A stretch of 24,000 nt of DNA from an uncultured Acidobacteriota bacterium (lineage in GTDB: Bacteria > Acidobacteriota > Terriglobia > UBA7540), in the NCBI GenBank assembly GCA_963722555.1, contig CAVRNQ010000007.1, forward strand, positions 853,013 through 877,012, given 5' to 3'. The notes beneath the pieces are model-generated. The model made no database searches. It saw nothing but the letters and a program-made list of their open reading frames with translations, and was not told the origin of the DNA. Each line of letters begins with the position of its first letter. The stretch's first letter is position 1. This document shows positions 15,628 through 23,700 of the stretch, piece after piece. The translations under genes and the position numbers were made by a program.

Positions 15628-15695
15628 TTCAGCAGTCAGGAGTCAGAAGTCAGGAGTCAGCCTACTGCCTACTGCCTTGTGCCTACTGCCTACTG
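15628..15695 (-). repeat. Simple-sequence blocks of locus C2 (reverse complement of those in C1)
   Basis: TTCAGCAGTCAGGAGTCAGAAGTCAGGAGTCAG then CCTACTGCCTACTGCCTTGTGCCTACTGCCTACTG. It contains the exact reverse complements of the C1 18-mer and 22-mer. Confidence 0.9.
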
Positions 15696-15771
15696 TTCTA
15701 TGGTTTGCGCCGACCCCTTGTATAGGTCTGCGGTCTTGCACGTCAGCCAGCGGGTGCTAGCCTTCCAGTTT

Positions 15772-15799
15772 AGTATAACACGACTCTTAATTTTGTCAA
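15772..15799 (-). promoter_or_regulatory. Near-consensus sigma-70-type promoter TTGACA - 16 nt - TATACT on the minus strand, reading into locus C2
   Basis: Plus-strand TGTCAA at 15794-15799 and AGTATA at 15772-15777. Spacer length and position relative to the simple-sequence blocks match the C1 promoter. Confidence 0.5.
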
Positions 15800-15973
15800 G
15801 AATGAAATTAGCATATCCGCTAATACCTATCAATTAAGACAAAACGTCAGAGATTCCTCCTGCCGGGAGGAGAAAATCTTTTGGGAGGGTGTCTAATTGT
15901 CCGAACTGCGTCCCGCGCTTGCTTATTCCCCTCCTCGTTGAGGAGGGGGCAGGAGGTGGTCGAACAGAGGATC

Positions 15974-16008
15974 GCCATGGTGGTCATTCCCGCGAAGGCG
16001 GGAATCCA
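15974..16008. repeat. 35-bp direct repeat, copy 1 (contains REP hairpin), 16 nt 3' of the GIY-YIG ORF
   Basis: GCCATGGTGGTCATTCCCGCGAAGGCGGGAATCCA, identical to 16434-16468. Confidence 0.9.
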
Positions 16009-16024
16009 AGGGCGAACCATCGCT

Positions 16025-16324
16025 CTACGGCATATGCATCACGGTATGAGACAAGTCCTCCCACCCAGGATTGACCGATTCGATGAGCCTAATCTTCCAC
16101 GCGCGATTCCACTTCTTGAGGCATTTTTCTCTCTGGATCGCATCACGAGGCCGCGCAAAGGATTCGCAATACACCAGCCGATGGACGTTGTACTTCTTGG
16201 TGAAACCCTCCAGCAAACCTTGCTGGTGCTCCCACACCCGGCGCGCGAGATTATTCGTCATGCCGATGTAGAGGGTCCCATTGGGCTTGCTGGCAAGAAT
16301 GTAAACATAATACTCGCGGTTCAT
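16025..16324 (-). CDS. Small GIY-YIG nuclease family protein (COG2827/URI-domain type)
   Basis: MNREYYVYILASKPNGTLYIGMTNNLARRVWEHQQG...REKCLKKWNRAWKIRLIESVNPGWEDL has a GIY-type N-terminus, here EYYVY...LYIG. Start set at ATG 16324. The longer track ORF (to 16447) translates REP hairpins (SFPRRRES). Confidence 0.85.
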   Translation of the reverse strand: MNREYYVYILASKPNGTLYIGMTNNLARRVWEHQQGLLEGFTKKYNVHRLVYCESFARPRDAIQREKCLKKWNRAWKIRLIESVNPGWEDLSHTVMHMP

Positions 16325-16337
16325 CGGATGGTTAGTG

Positions 16338-16360
16338 GATTCCCGCCTTCGCGGGAATGA
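16338..16360. repeat. REP hairpin in inverted orientation, 13 nt upstream of the GIY-YIG start
   Basis: GATTCCCGCCTTCGCGGGAATGA. Confidence 0.85.
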
Positions 16361-16433
16361 CTGCCCCCTAGCCGTGCACCGGCGTATCCTGCCCAAAGCG
16401 AGTGCCCCCTTGCGTGGGTGACACGTCAAGGCA

Positions 16434-16468
16434 GCCATGGTGGTCATTCCCGCGAAGGCGGGAATCCA
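16434..16468. repeat. 35-bp direct repeat, copy 2
   Basis: GCCATGGTGGTCATTCCCGCGAAGGCGGGAATCCA, identical to 15974-16008 and 460 bp away. Confidence 0.9.
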
Positions 16469-16474
16469 CGCTTT

Positions 16475-16971
16475 TCAAATTGCCTTCGGATCCCCGAGCG
16501 GGATCCAAATATCCTCGACGGCGATATACCGGCAGCGAGAATGATTTAGATTTAGCGTGGACTTGGCATCCCGAATTGAATCGGCATGCTCGCTCAGACG
16601 GCTGTACAGAACCAAGCCGGGGCTCGCGCCAAGGCCGAATCCCCATTTGCGGGCACCAGCGGGAACGGCCTTGCCGATATAAATCGGCGTTTCGGCGCGG
16701 ACGTCCTTGGCGGCGGCCCGATTCTTTTCAACCAGCGGCGCACCTTGAATGGTCCGTGGTAGTAGATCGCGTAGACGCCAGCCGCTATGAATTTCTCGGG
16801 CGGAGGTAGCCGACCGATCTCACGCTCTAGCAGCGCATCAGCTACGCTTTTGCCGAGGTTTTCCTTCGCCAACGGATTATACGGGGGTTCGATCCTGACT
16901 TGGGGGTTCCGCATATAAGACTCACAGTTTACGTATCTGAGAACACTAACACGCGGAGTCTTAGCAGACAT
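16475..16971 (-). pseudogene. Eco29kI-family (GIY-YIG type) restriction endonuclease relic: frameshifted and 3'-truncated
   Basis: Frame 1 reads NPLAKENLGKSVADALLEREIGRLPPPEKFIAAGVYAIYYHGPF. After a frameshift near 16730-16750, my translation continues in another frame. That frame reads APLVEKNRAAAKDVRAETPIYIGKAVPAGARKWGFGLGASPGLVLYSRLSEHADSIRDAKSTLNLNHSRCRYIAVEDIWIPLGDPKAI-stop (stop 16475-16477). The REP/direct repeat follows immediately. The pattern matches my recollection of the RE_Eco29kI family (GxYAxYY, PIYVGKAxPxGxRK, CRYLxVxDIWIPLGE). Confidence 0.6.
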
Positions 16972-17147
16972 ATCCAGGGCATGATCTGCTAGCCAGCGCT
17001 CAGCTTGCGCATTCTACTACAACCTTCACTCCGCTCAAGGTTCTACGCCAGCCGCGTTGTTAGAACAAAAAATACTGTGCTCCCGGTTGAAATTCCCGCG
17101 AGCAAGCTCGCGGGGAGGAAGGCGGCAGGAAGCTGCCGCACTCCTAA

Positions 17148-18545
17148 CAATACTCGGTTAAGTAGTCAGGACGTGTCGGTGAACTCCGTTAAACACCATG
17201 GGCAACGCCCAACGATTCTAAGGAGCAGCGCCAGGAGTCTCTTGCGGACTCGCGGCAGTGTCCAGGTCGCACCAGGAGTTTTTTTTAAGGCGCGCCTGCT
17301 CGGAACGCAGAAAGGCGTAGGCCATGCTGACCAGGCAAACATGATGGTGCCATCCCCGCCATTGGCGGCCCTCGTAATGGTCCAACCCGAGTTCTTCTTT
17401 CAATTCGCGGTAATCCTGTTCGACCCGCCAGCGCGCCTTGGCGATGCGCACGCAGTGGCGCCATCCGGGCGGCTGTGCACCGAGTTGGGCCAGCCAGTAT
17501 TTCGTCGGCTGCTTTTCCTCCTTCGGCCATTCCACCAGCAACCATTCCTTGACCCGCGGGGGATGGGCTTGTTGCCGCCACCCGTGGGCCGCCCAAACCG
17601 GCAGCAGGGCAAAGCGGGAGCTTTGCGCTCCCCGGCTGCCCTGCCGCCAAGTCACGGTGCGCCAAGCCGCCGCGGGCCACGGTTGGGCCACCTTCTCCAA
17701 GCTTTGCGGTCGCGGCAGTGCCTCCCGCGGAGGATAACGGCGCGGCCGTCCCGTCTTTTGCTTTTTCGGCGTGGGCAAGGGAAGGTTCGGATCCGTCGTC
17801 CAAACCACCGTGCTCGGCTCGACCTGCACGGCGTAGGTCAGGTGGCGCTCCCGCAGCGCCTGCCGGAAACCAAAATCATTGCCATAGAAGGAATCTGCCA
17901 CCACCGGCAAGGCGGGCAATTCCCAGGCCAAGGCCTGATCGATCACCTCCAAGGCCAGTTCCGTCTTGCTTTGATAGACCGTTCCCGGCGGCAGCTTGAC
18001 TTCCTGAGCCCGCGCGGCGTCCTCGAACCACTTCTGAGGCAGGTAGAGCCGCCACAACAGCGGACAGCTCGCCGCCTCGCTGGACCAGTGCAGGCTGACC
18101 GCCACTTGGCAGTTGGCCACTTTCCCCAAGGTGCCACAATACTGCCGCGCCACCCCCACCGAATGCTCGCCGGCCTTGGGGAAAGCCGTCTCATCCAGGA
18201 TCCAGACCTGCGCCTCGCTGAGCAGGTCGACCATCTTGTGGGCCAAACGCCGCTGGACTTGTTCCACCTCCCAGGGGCTTTGCCCCACGAACTGTCGCAG
18301 GGCTTGCACGTCCGCGCCGGGGAGGCGCGCTGCCATCGGCTCAATCGACTTGCGTTCCCCGTCCAGCAACAGGCCCTCCACATAAACCCGCGCCCAGTGG
18401 CGCCGCTCGCTACGCCCCATGGGTTCCAACAAGTCTTCGAGAAAACGCATCAGACGACTCTCGAGGCTTCTCAGGCTCTGCGGTGTCATGGCGGCACTCT
18501 AGCACACACCGCATTGTCGATCAAGAACTACTTAACCCAGTATTA
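17148..18545 (-). mobile_element. IS701-family insertion sequence
   Basis: Imperfect terminal inverted repeats: CAATACTCGGTTAAGTAGT (17148-17166) versus the revcomp of ACTACTTAACCCAGTATTA (18527-18545). A possible 4-bp duplication CTAA lies at 17144-17147 and 18546-18549. Confidence 0.7.
17218..18489 (-). CDS. IS701-family DDE transposase
   Basis: 423 aa. WILDETAFPKAG...GVARQYCGTLGKVANCQV and ARWRVEQDYRELKEELGLDHYEGRQWRGWHHH are typical of IS701-like transposases. Confidence 0.85.
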   Translation of the reverse strand: MTPQSLRSLESRLMRFLEDLLEPMGRSERRHWARVYVEGLLLDGERKSIEPMAARLPGADVQALRQFVGQSPWEVEQVQRRLAHKMVDLLSEAQVWILDETAFPKAGEHSVGVARQYCGTLGKVANCQVAVSLHWSSEAASCPLLWRLYLPQKWFEDAARAQEVKLPPGTVYQSKTELALEVIDQALAWELPALPVVADSFYGNDFGFRQALRERHLTYAVQVEPSTVVWTTDPNLPLPTPKKQKTGRPRRYPPREALPRPQSLEKVAQPWPAAAWRTVTWRQGSRGAQSSRFALLPVWAAHGWRQQAHPPRVKEWLLVEWPKEEKQPTKYWLAQLGAQPPGWRHCVRIAKARWRVEQDYRELKEELGLDHYEGRQWRGWHHHVCLVSMAYAFLRSEQARLKKNSWCDLDTAASPQETPGAAP

Positions 18546-18549
18546 CTAA

Positions 18550-18869
18550 GCGGGCTGCACCCGCACAAGCATTGGGTGTGGAACACGGGCCTCGTCCAAC
18601 ACATCAACCGCAACCCGGCGGCGCTCGCTGCGGAGTTGGAGAGCCGGATAACTCCCCAGGAAAAGGCCGAGTGGCAAAAGGGGAGCATCGAGGACTGGGT
18701 GATGGAGGGGCACCGCCTCGCTCAAACGGTTGCATACGGAGACCTCAGCAATGAGAATCCACCTCCGGTTAATCCCGCGTATGAGCGGCAAGCGGACCCG
18801 GCGATCGACCTTCAGTTGGAGAAGGCCGGAGTCAGGCTGGCCTACCTCTTGAACACCGACCTAAAGTGA
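18550..18869 (+). pseudogene. S1/P1 nuclease, C-terminal fragment only
   Basis: GLHPHKHWVWNTGLV (LHxxWD-like), SIEDWVMEGHRLAQTVAYGDL and the terminal LEKAGVRLAYLLN match the C-terminal third of S1/P1-type nucleases. The fragment starts at the IS701 junction. No N-terminal part lies on the other side of the IS. Confidence 0.55.
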
Positions 18870-19206
18870 CGAGCTTGCAGCAAGCGTGCGCGGCGCGGAA
18901 TCCCGGTCTCAAGGGTCACTGGCCCTACTTCTTTCAATCACGCGGCCACGTTCCGCCGGATTTTCGCGAACCACAAGGTGGTAAGCGGAATCGCAATGTT
19001 GCAGGCGATGAGGGTCCAGTAGATGGGGGCGGCAGGGCCGGCAAAAACCACGCGGGGTGAGCTTCTTCGGCCGGCGTTGTACGACGCACGGCCAACTTCC
19101 CAACCCTCATGCGGTAGGAAGGCGAAGCAACCTTCGGCCTGCCCGGCGGGCCTGGGCCTTCCCTTCTTAGGGGAGGTTTGGCCCGGCGTTTTGGGCCGTG
19201 TATTTT

Positions 19207-20627
19207 CAGGACTTTCCCCATTTTTTCTGTCTGATTTCAGGCAAGTAATAGAACCAGCGGGAGTTGTTTTTTCTAACAAGTGAACGGGGACGAACTCCGT
19301 GGTAGAAGGGTTTTTGCGAGAAATCCAAACCACCTGGGAGGCATCCCCGATGCACGATAACAGACTGCGTTCCCGACTGAAAGCCCAGCTCACGAAGTTC
19401 TCCTTGCAGCTCACCGAAGGTCTGAGCCGCCCCTTACAGAAGTTCGTCGGTCAGATGTTGTTTGGCGTGCAGGCCAGTCAGGACGTGAAGCTCAGCAACA
19501 TCGCGCGCAGCCTGAAAGAAGAGATTGATTTGATCAAGACGGAGAACCGTCTGTCGCGCAATCTGGAGGCGACGGAACTGGAAAGCCACCTGAGCGAGCG
19601 CTTGGCAGCGCTGGGGAGTCGACGAGTAGAAGCGAACACGGTGCTGTGCCTGGACCTGAGTGACCTGCGCAAGGAATACGCCCAGAAGATGGAATACCTG
19701 GCAAAGGTGCGGGACGGCAGCACCGGCGAACTGCATGACGGCTATTGGTTGTGTGACATCACGGCGGCGGAGGTGAAAAGCAGCGAGATCGTGCCGCTGT
19801 ACCAGAAGCTGTACTCGGCGGAGGCGAAAGAGTTCCGTAGTGAGAACGCGGAGATTCTGGCGGCCGTGGACTTAGTGCGGAGCCATACGAGAGGGCGAGG
19901 GATCTGGGTGCTAGATCGAGGCGGAGACCGCCGGGAGGTGTTGGAGCCGCTGCTGGCGCGGCGGGAGCGCTTTGTGATCCGGTCCACCGGTAAACGTTTC
20001 GTGATCGATCGACGCCGCCTGCAAGGGAGTGTGGCGGAGGTGGGTGGCCGGTGTCGTCTGCGTTATGCGGCGCGCGTGATCAAGATCGAAGAGGGGAAAG
20101 AAAAGGTCTATGAGCTCCGCTACGGTGCCGAACCCCTGCACCTGCCGGGGCGAGAGGAGAAGATGCTCTTGGTGGTGGTGGCCGGTTTCGGGAAAGATCC
20201 GCTCCTGCTGTTGACCAACCTGGAGGGAGCGCGGGACTCAGAATCGCTATGGTGGATCGTGCAAATCTATCTGACCCGCTGGAAAATTGAGGAAACTTTT
20301 CGCTTCCTCAAACAGAGCTATCACTTGGAAGATATTCGCGTTCTGCGCTATCAACGGCTGAAAAACCTGGTGGTGTTGGTGACGGCCGCGGCTTACTTTG
20401 CCGCCACTTTCTTAGGGCAGAAGTTAAAGTTGAGAATCTTGTGCGAAAGGCTCCTGATCATTTCCTTCCGCTTCTTCGGCATTCCGCCTTTCCGCTTCTA
20501 CGCTCTGGCCGATGGCATCCATAAGGTTCTTTCTCAAACCAGCCCCGAACCATCCGGTCCACCGCCCAAAACTTGGCAATTGGAACTCCTGCTGGCTTGG
20601 GAAGGCTAAAAAATGGGGAAAGTCCTG
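19207..20627 (+). mobile_element. IS4-family insertion sequence, copy B (1421 bp)
   Basis: Same 20-bp terminal inverted repeats as copy A (19207-19226 and 20608-20627). Flanking 9-bp direct repeat GTGTATTTT at 19198-19206 and 20628-20636. Confidence 0.9.
19350..20609 (+). CDS. IS4-family DDE transposase (copy B)
   Basis: Differs from copy A at one residue in the supplied translations (Q vs R; nucleotide 19621 G versus 14359 T on the plus strand). Confidence 0.85.
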   Translation: MHDNRLRSRLKAQLTKFSLQLTEGLSRPLQKFVGQMLFGVQASQDVKLSNIARSLKEEIDLIKTENRLSRNLEATELESHLSERLAALGSRRVEANTVLCLDLSDLRKEYAQKMEYLAKVRDGSTGELHDGYWLCDITAAEVKSSEIVPLYQKLYSAEAKEFRSENAEILAAVDLVRSHTRGRGIWVLDRGGDRREVLEPLLARRERFVIRSTGKRFVIDRRRLQGSVAEVGGRCRLRYAARVIKIEEGKEKVYELRYGAEPLHLPGREEKMLLVVVAGFGKDPLLLLTNLEGARDSESLWWIVQIYLTRWKIEETFRFLKQSYHLEDIRVLRYQRLKNLVVLVTAAAYFAATFLGQKLKLRILCERLLIISFRFFGIPPFRFYALADGIHKVLSQTSPEPSGPPPKTWQLELLLAWEG

Positions 20628-20745
20628 GTGTATTTTCTCTTGACAAGCTCTGCCCATTCGCTCCACGCTTACGCGATTAATTCCAGTTTGATCGCGTCAA
20701 ATCCCCGGCGGCCCCTGCGGACCGTCCGGCCCGAGGAGAATCAGG

Positions 20746-23700
20746 TTGAACTTGCACCCGCTCTCGCGTGTCCTGACCCTGTGGGTGGTCATGTTGTCGG
20801 CCGTCAGTGGCCTTTGGGGGCAGACGACCGGAACGATTCGGGGTACCGTGAAGGACCCCTCAGGCGCCGTCATTCCGGGGGCCCGCGTCAGAGCGGTCCT
20901 AGCGGAGGCTTACGTCAACCGCACCACCCAGACTACGGAAGAGGGGGATTATGTATTCCCCGCCCTGCCGGTGGGCCGCTACACCGTCGTGGTTGTGGCT
21001 GAGGGGTTCCGGGAGTTCCGGCAACTTGATGTGGAAGTCCAGATCGGTCATGTGGCCATCGTCAACGCCGACTTGCAGCTCGGGACGCTGGCGCAAGTGG
21101 TGACGGCGGAGGCCATCGCCCCACTGGTCGAAACCACCAGCACCCAGTTGGGGGCGGTGGTGACGGACCGCGAGGTGACGCAGCTTCCCCTCAACGCCCG
21201 CGACACATACCAGTTGCTCCAGTTGCAGCCCGGCGTCCAGTCGCAGGTGGGATCCGACCTGTTCTACGGCAGCAACCGCGCGGGCGTCGTCTCGGTGAAT
21301 GGCGGACGCGGGCGCTCCAACAACTTCACCGTGAACGGCGGGGACGCCAACGACCAATTCGCCAATTTGCCCGCCATCCAGCCTTCCCCGGACTCCATCG
21401 AAGAATTCCGCGTGATGACCAGCACCTTCGACGCGGAATTCGGCCGCAATTCCGGGTCGGTCGTGAACGTCGTTACGAAATCAGGTACCAACGCCTTACG
21501 CGGAGATCTTTATGAGTTTATCCGCAACCAGCACATGAACGCTCGCAACTTCTTCGAGGTCACCCGGCCGGATTTCAAGCAGAATCAGTTCGGAGGCACG
21601 CTGGGTGGCCCGATCAAACGCGACCAATCGTTTTTCTTCCTTTCTTACGAGGGCCGCCGCATCCACCAGGGGATTCCCTCCGCCACGGTCGCCGTCCCCA
21701 CCGCCGCCGAGCGGCAGGGCGATTTCTCTGCTGGCTCGACCTTCGCCGGCACGCTTGCGGATCCATTTCTCGCTGGGGTGCTGGCCGCGCGCCCGGGCTG
21801 CGCTGCGGCCGTGCAACGGAACACCGGCGCCAGCGTCGCGCCGGGAGTGCCTTATGCCGCAATTTTTCCGGGCAACACCATTCCCGGGGAGTGCTTTGAC
21901 CCCACGGCTGCCGATCTGATGAAGCAGTTCGTGCCGCTGCCCGACTCCGGCGCGCAATTCTTTCAAGCCTCCCCACTGGAACGCAACCGGGTGGATCAGG
22001 GGACTGTCCGCATCGACCAGAAACTCACGGATCACCAGCAACTTAATGCGTATTATTACTTCGATGATGATTATCTCGCGAAGCCCTTCGCGCGGTTTGA
22101 GGCCGGCGGCGCCACGCTGCCGGGCTTCGGCGACCTGACGAATGAACGCTTCCAGCAGATCAACCTGACGCACACCTGGGCGTCAGGTGCGACGGGCGTC
22201 AATGAACTCCGCTTTTCCTTTTTCCGGGAAGGCCAGGGGAGATTTCTTCACCCGCAGCGCACGGGCCTGGTGCAAGGGTCCTGCCAGAACGTTCCAGCCG
22301 ACCAGTGTTTCAGCGATCCCAACAACCCGCGCGCCGGCATTACCCCGAACCTTGGCGCCAGCCACGAAGGTGTGCCCTTCGTCGCCGTTTCGGGCGGGTT
22401 TTCGTTGGGCGACAATTTTGAGGGCGAACTCCCCCAGTTCGGCAACACCTTTCAGTGGGCCGACAATTTCAGCAAGGTCGTGGGCAAACACACCCTGAAA
22501 TTCGGCGCCGACCTGCATCGCCAGCAGTTCAATCAGACACTCTATTTCGCCGTTAACGGGCAGTACAACTACTTCGGTGGCGGGCCGAACGACGTGGGGT
22601 TCGACGACCTCGTTCCCAATTACCTGCTGGGGGTTCCCGACATTTATCTCGAAGGCTCCGCGCAACACGAATACGTACGTGGGACGGGGTTATACCTTTA
22701 CGCGGAAGATAGCTGGAAGGTGCAACCCAACTTCACGCTTAATTATGGCCTGCGCTGGGAATTGAACACGCCCATCGCCGACGTGGGGGGACGCACGCAG
22801 ACTTTCCGGCCGGGCCAGGACTCTCACGTCTTCCCCTGCCAGCTTGCGCCGGATAATCCCCTCGTTGGCATCTATGGTTCAACCGCTTGCGGCCCCGGCA
22901 GCGCGGGCGAAGCCGTCTTCCCACGCGGACTCGTCATGCCCGGGGACCCCGGCATTCCGCAAGGCCTGACGCAAACCTATTATCGGTCGGTTGCCCCGCG
23001 CCTGGGGCTGGCCTGGAGCCCCAGTGCGGGCAGCGGCTGGGTCAAAAAACTCACGGGCGGCCCAGACCAGACCAGCATCCGCATGGGCTGGGGGCTCTTT
23101 TACAATCCCATCGAGCAATTGGTTCTGGAACAGTTCAACGGGGAGCCGCCCTTCGGCGGAAGCAGCAGCCTCTCGAACAGCCTTTTCAATACTCCCTTCA
23201 TCGGACAGGATGGCACGGTCAATCCCAACCCCTTCAATGGCATCCTGAACCCGCAGCGCGGGCAGCCTGTGGATTTTTCCCAATTCCGGCCCATCCAGCT
23301 CTACGGCCAGTTCCAACCTAAACTACGGTCGCAATATTCAGCGCAGTATAACTTTACAGTTCAACGCCAATTAACACCCAACCTGCTGGTACAGATCGGG
23401 TACGTTGGCTCGCAGGGACACCGGCTGCTGGCCACCCACGACCTTAACTATGCCGGCGCGCAAACTTGCCTCGATTTGCACCAGATCGCGAGTCTCGCCG
23501 GCGACAGCAGCAACGACTGTGGCCCCTTCGCTGAAGATAACTCCTATTTCCTGCCCGCGGGAGCCATCCCATCGGGTGTAACACTGCACTTGCCTTATGG
23601 TTCCGTGCCTGCAGTCACCGGCCCCAATCCGACCCCGATTACCCTGGTAGGACTGCGGCCATATTCTGCGCCGTTCTGCCAGCCGACCACGGGCGACGGG

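Noticed and set aside
16025-16447. 140-aa long form of the GIY-YIG ORF
   Set aside because: The extra 41 N-terminal residues read through two REP hairpins (SFPRRRES). The GIY-YIG domain begins right after Met42 (ATG 16324).
18938-19414. 158-aa minus-strand ORF
   Set aside because: It is a chimera that reads from inside the IS4 copy B left end (antisense to the transposase leader) into flanking DNA. The identical N-terminal 60 residues appear in the 14566-14880 (+) ORF at copy A, showing it is IS-end sequence rather than a gene.
13353-20627. Composite transposon formed by the two inverted IS4-family copies
   Set aside because: Each copy has its own matching target duplication (AGAAACT; GTGTATTTT), and the two outer flanks differ. 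The copies therefore inserted separately.
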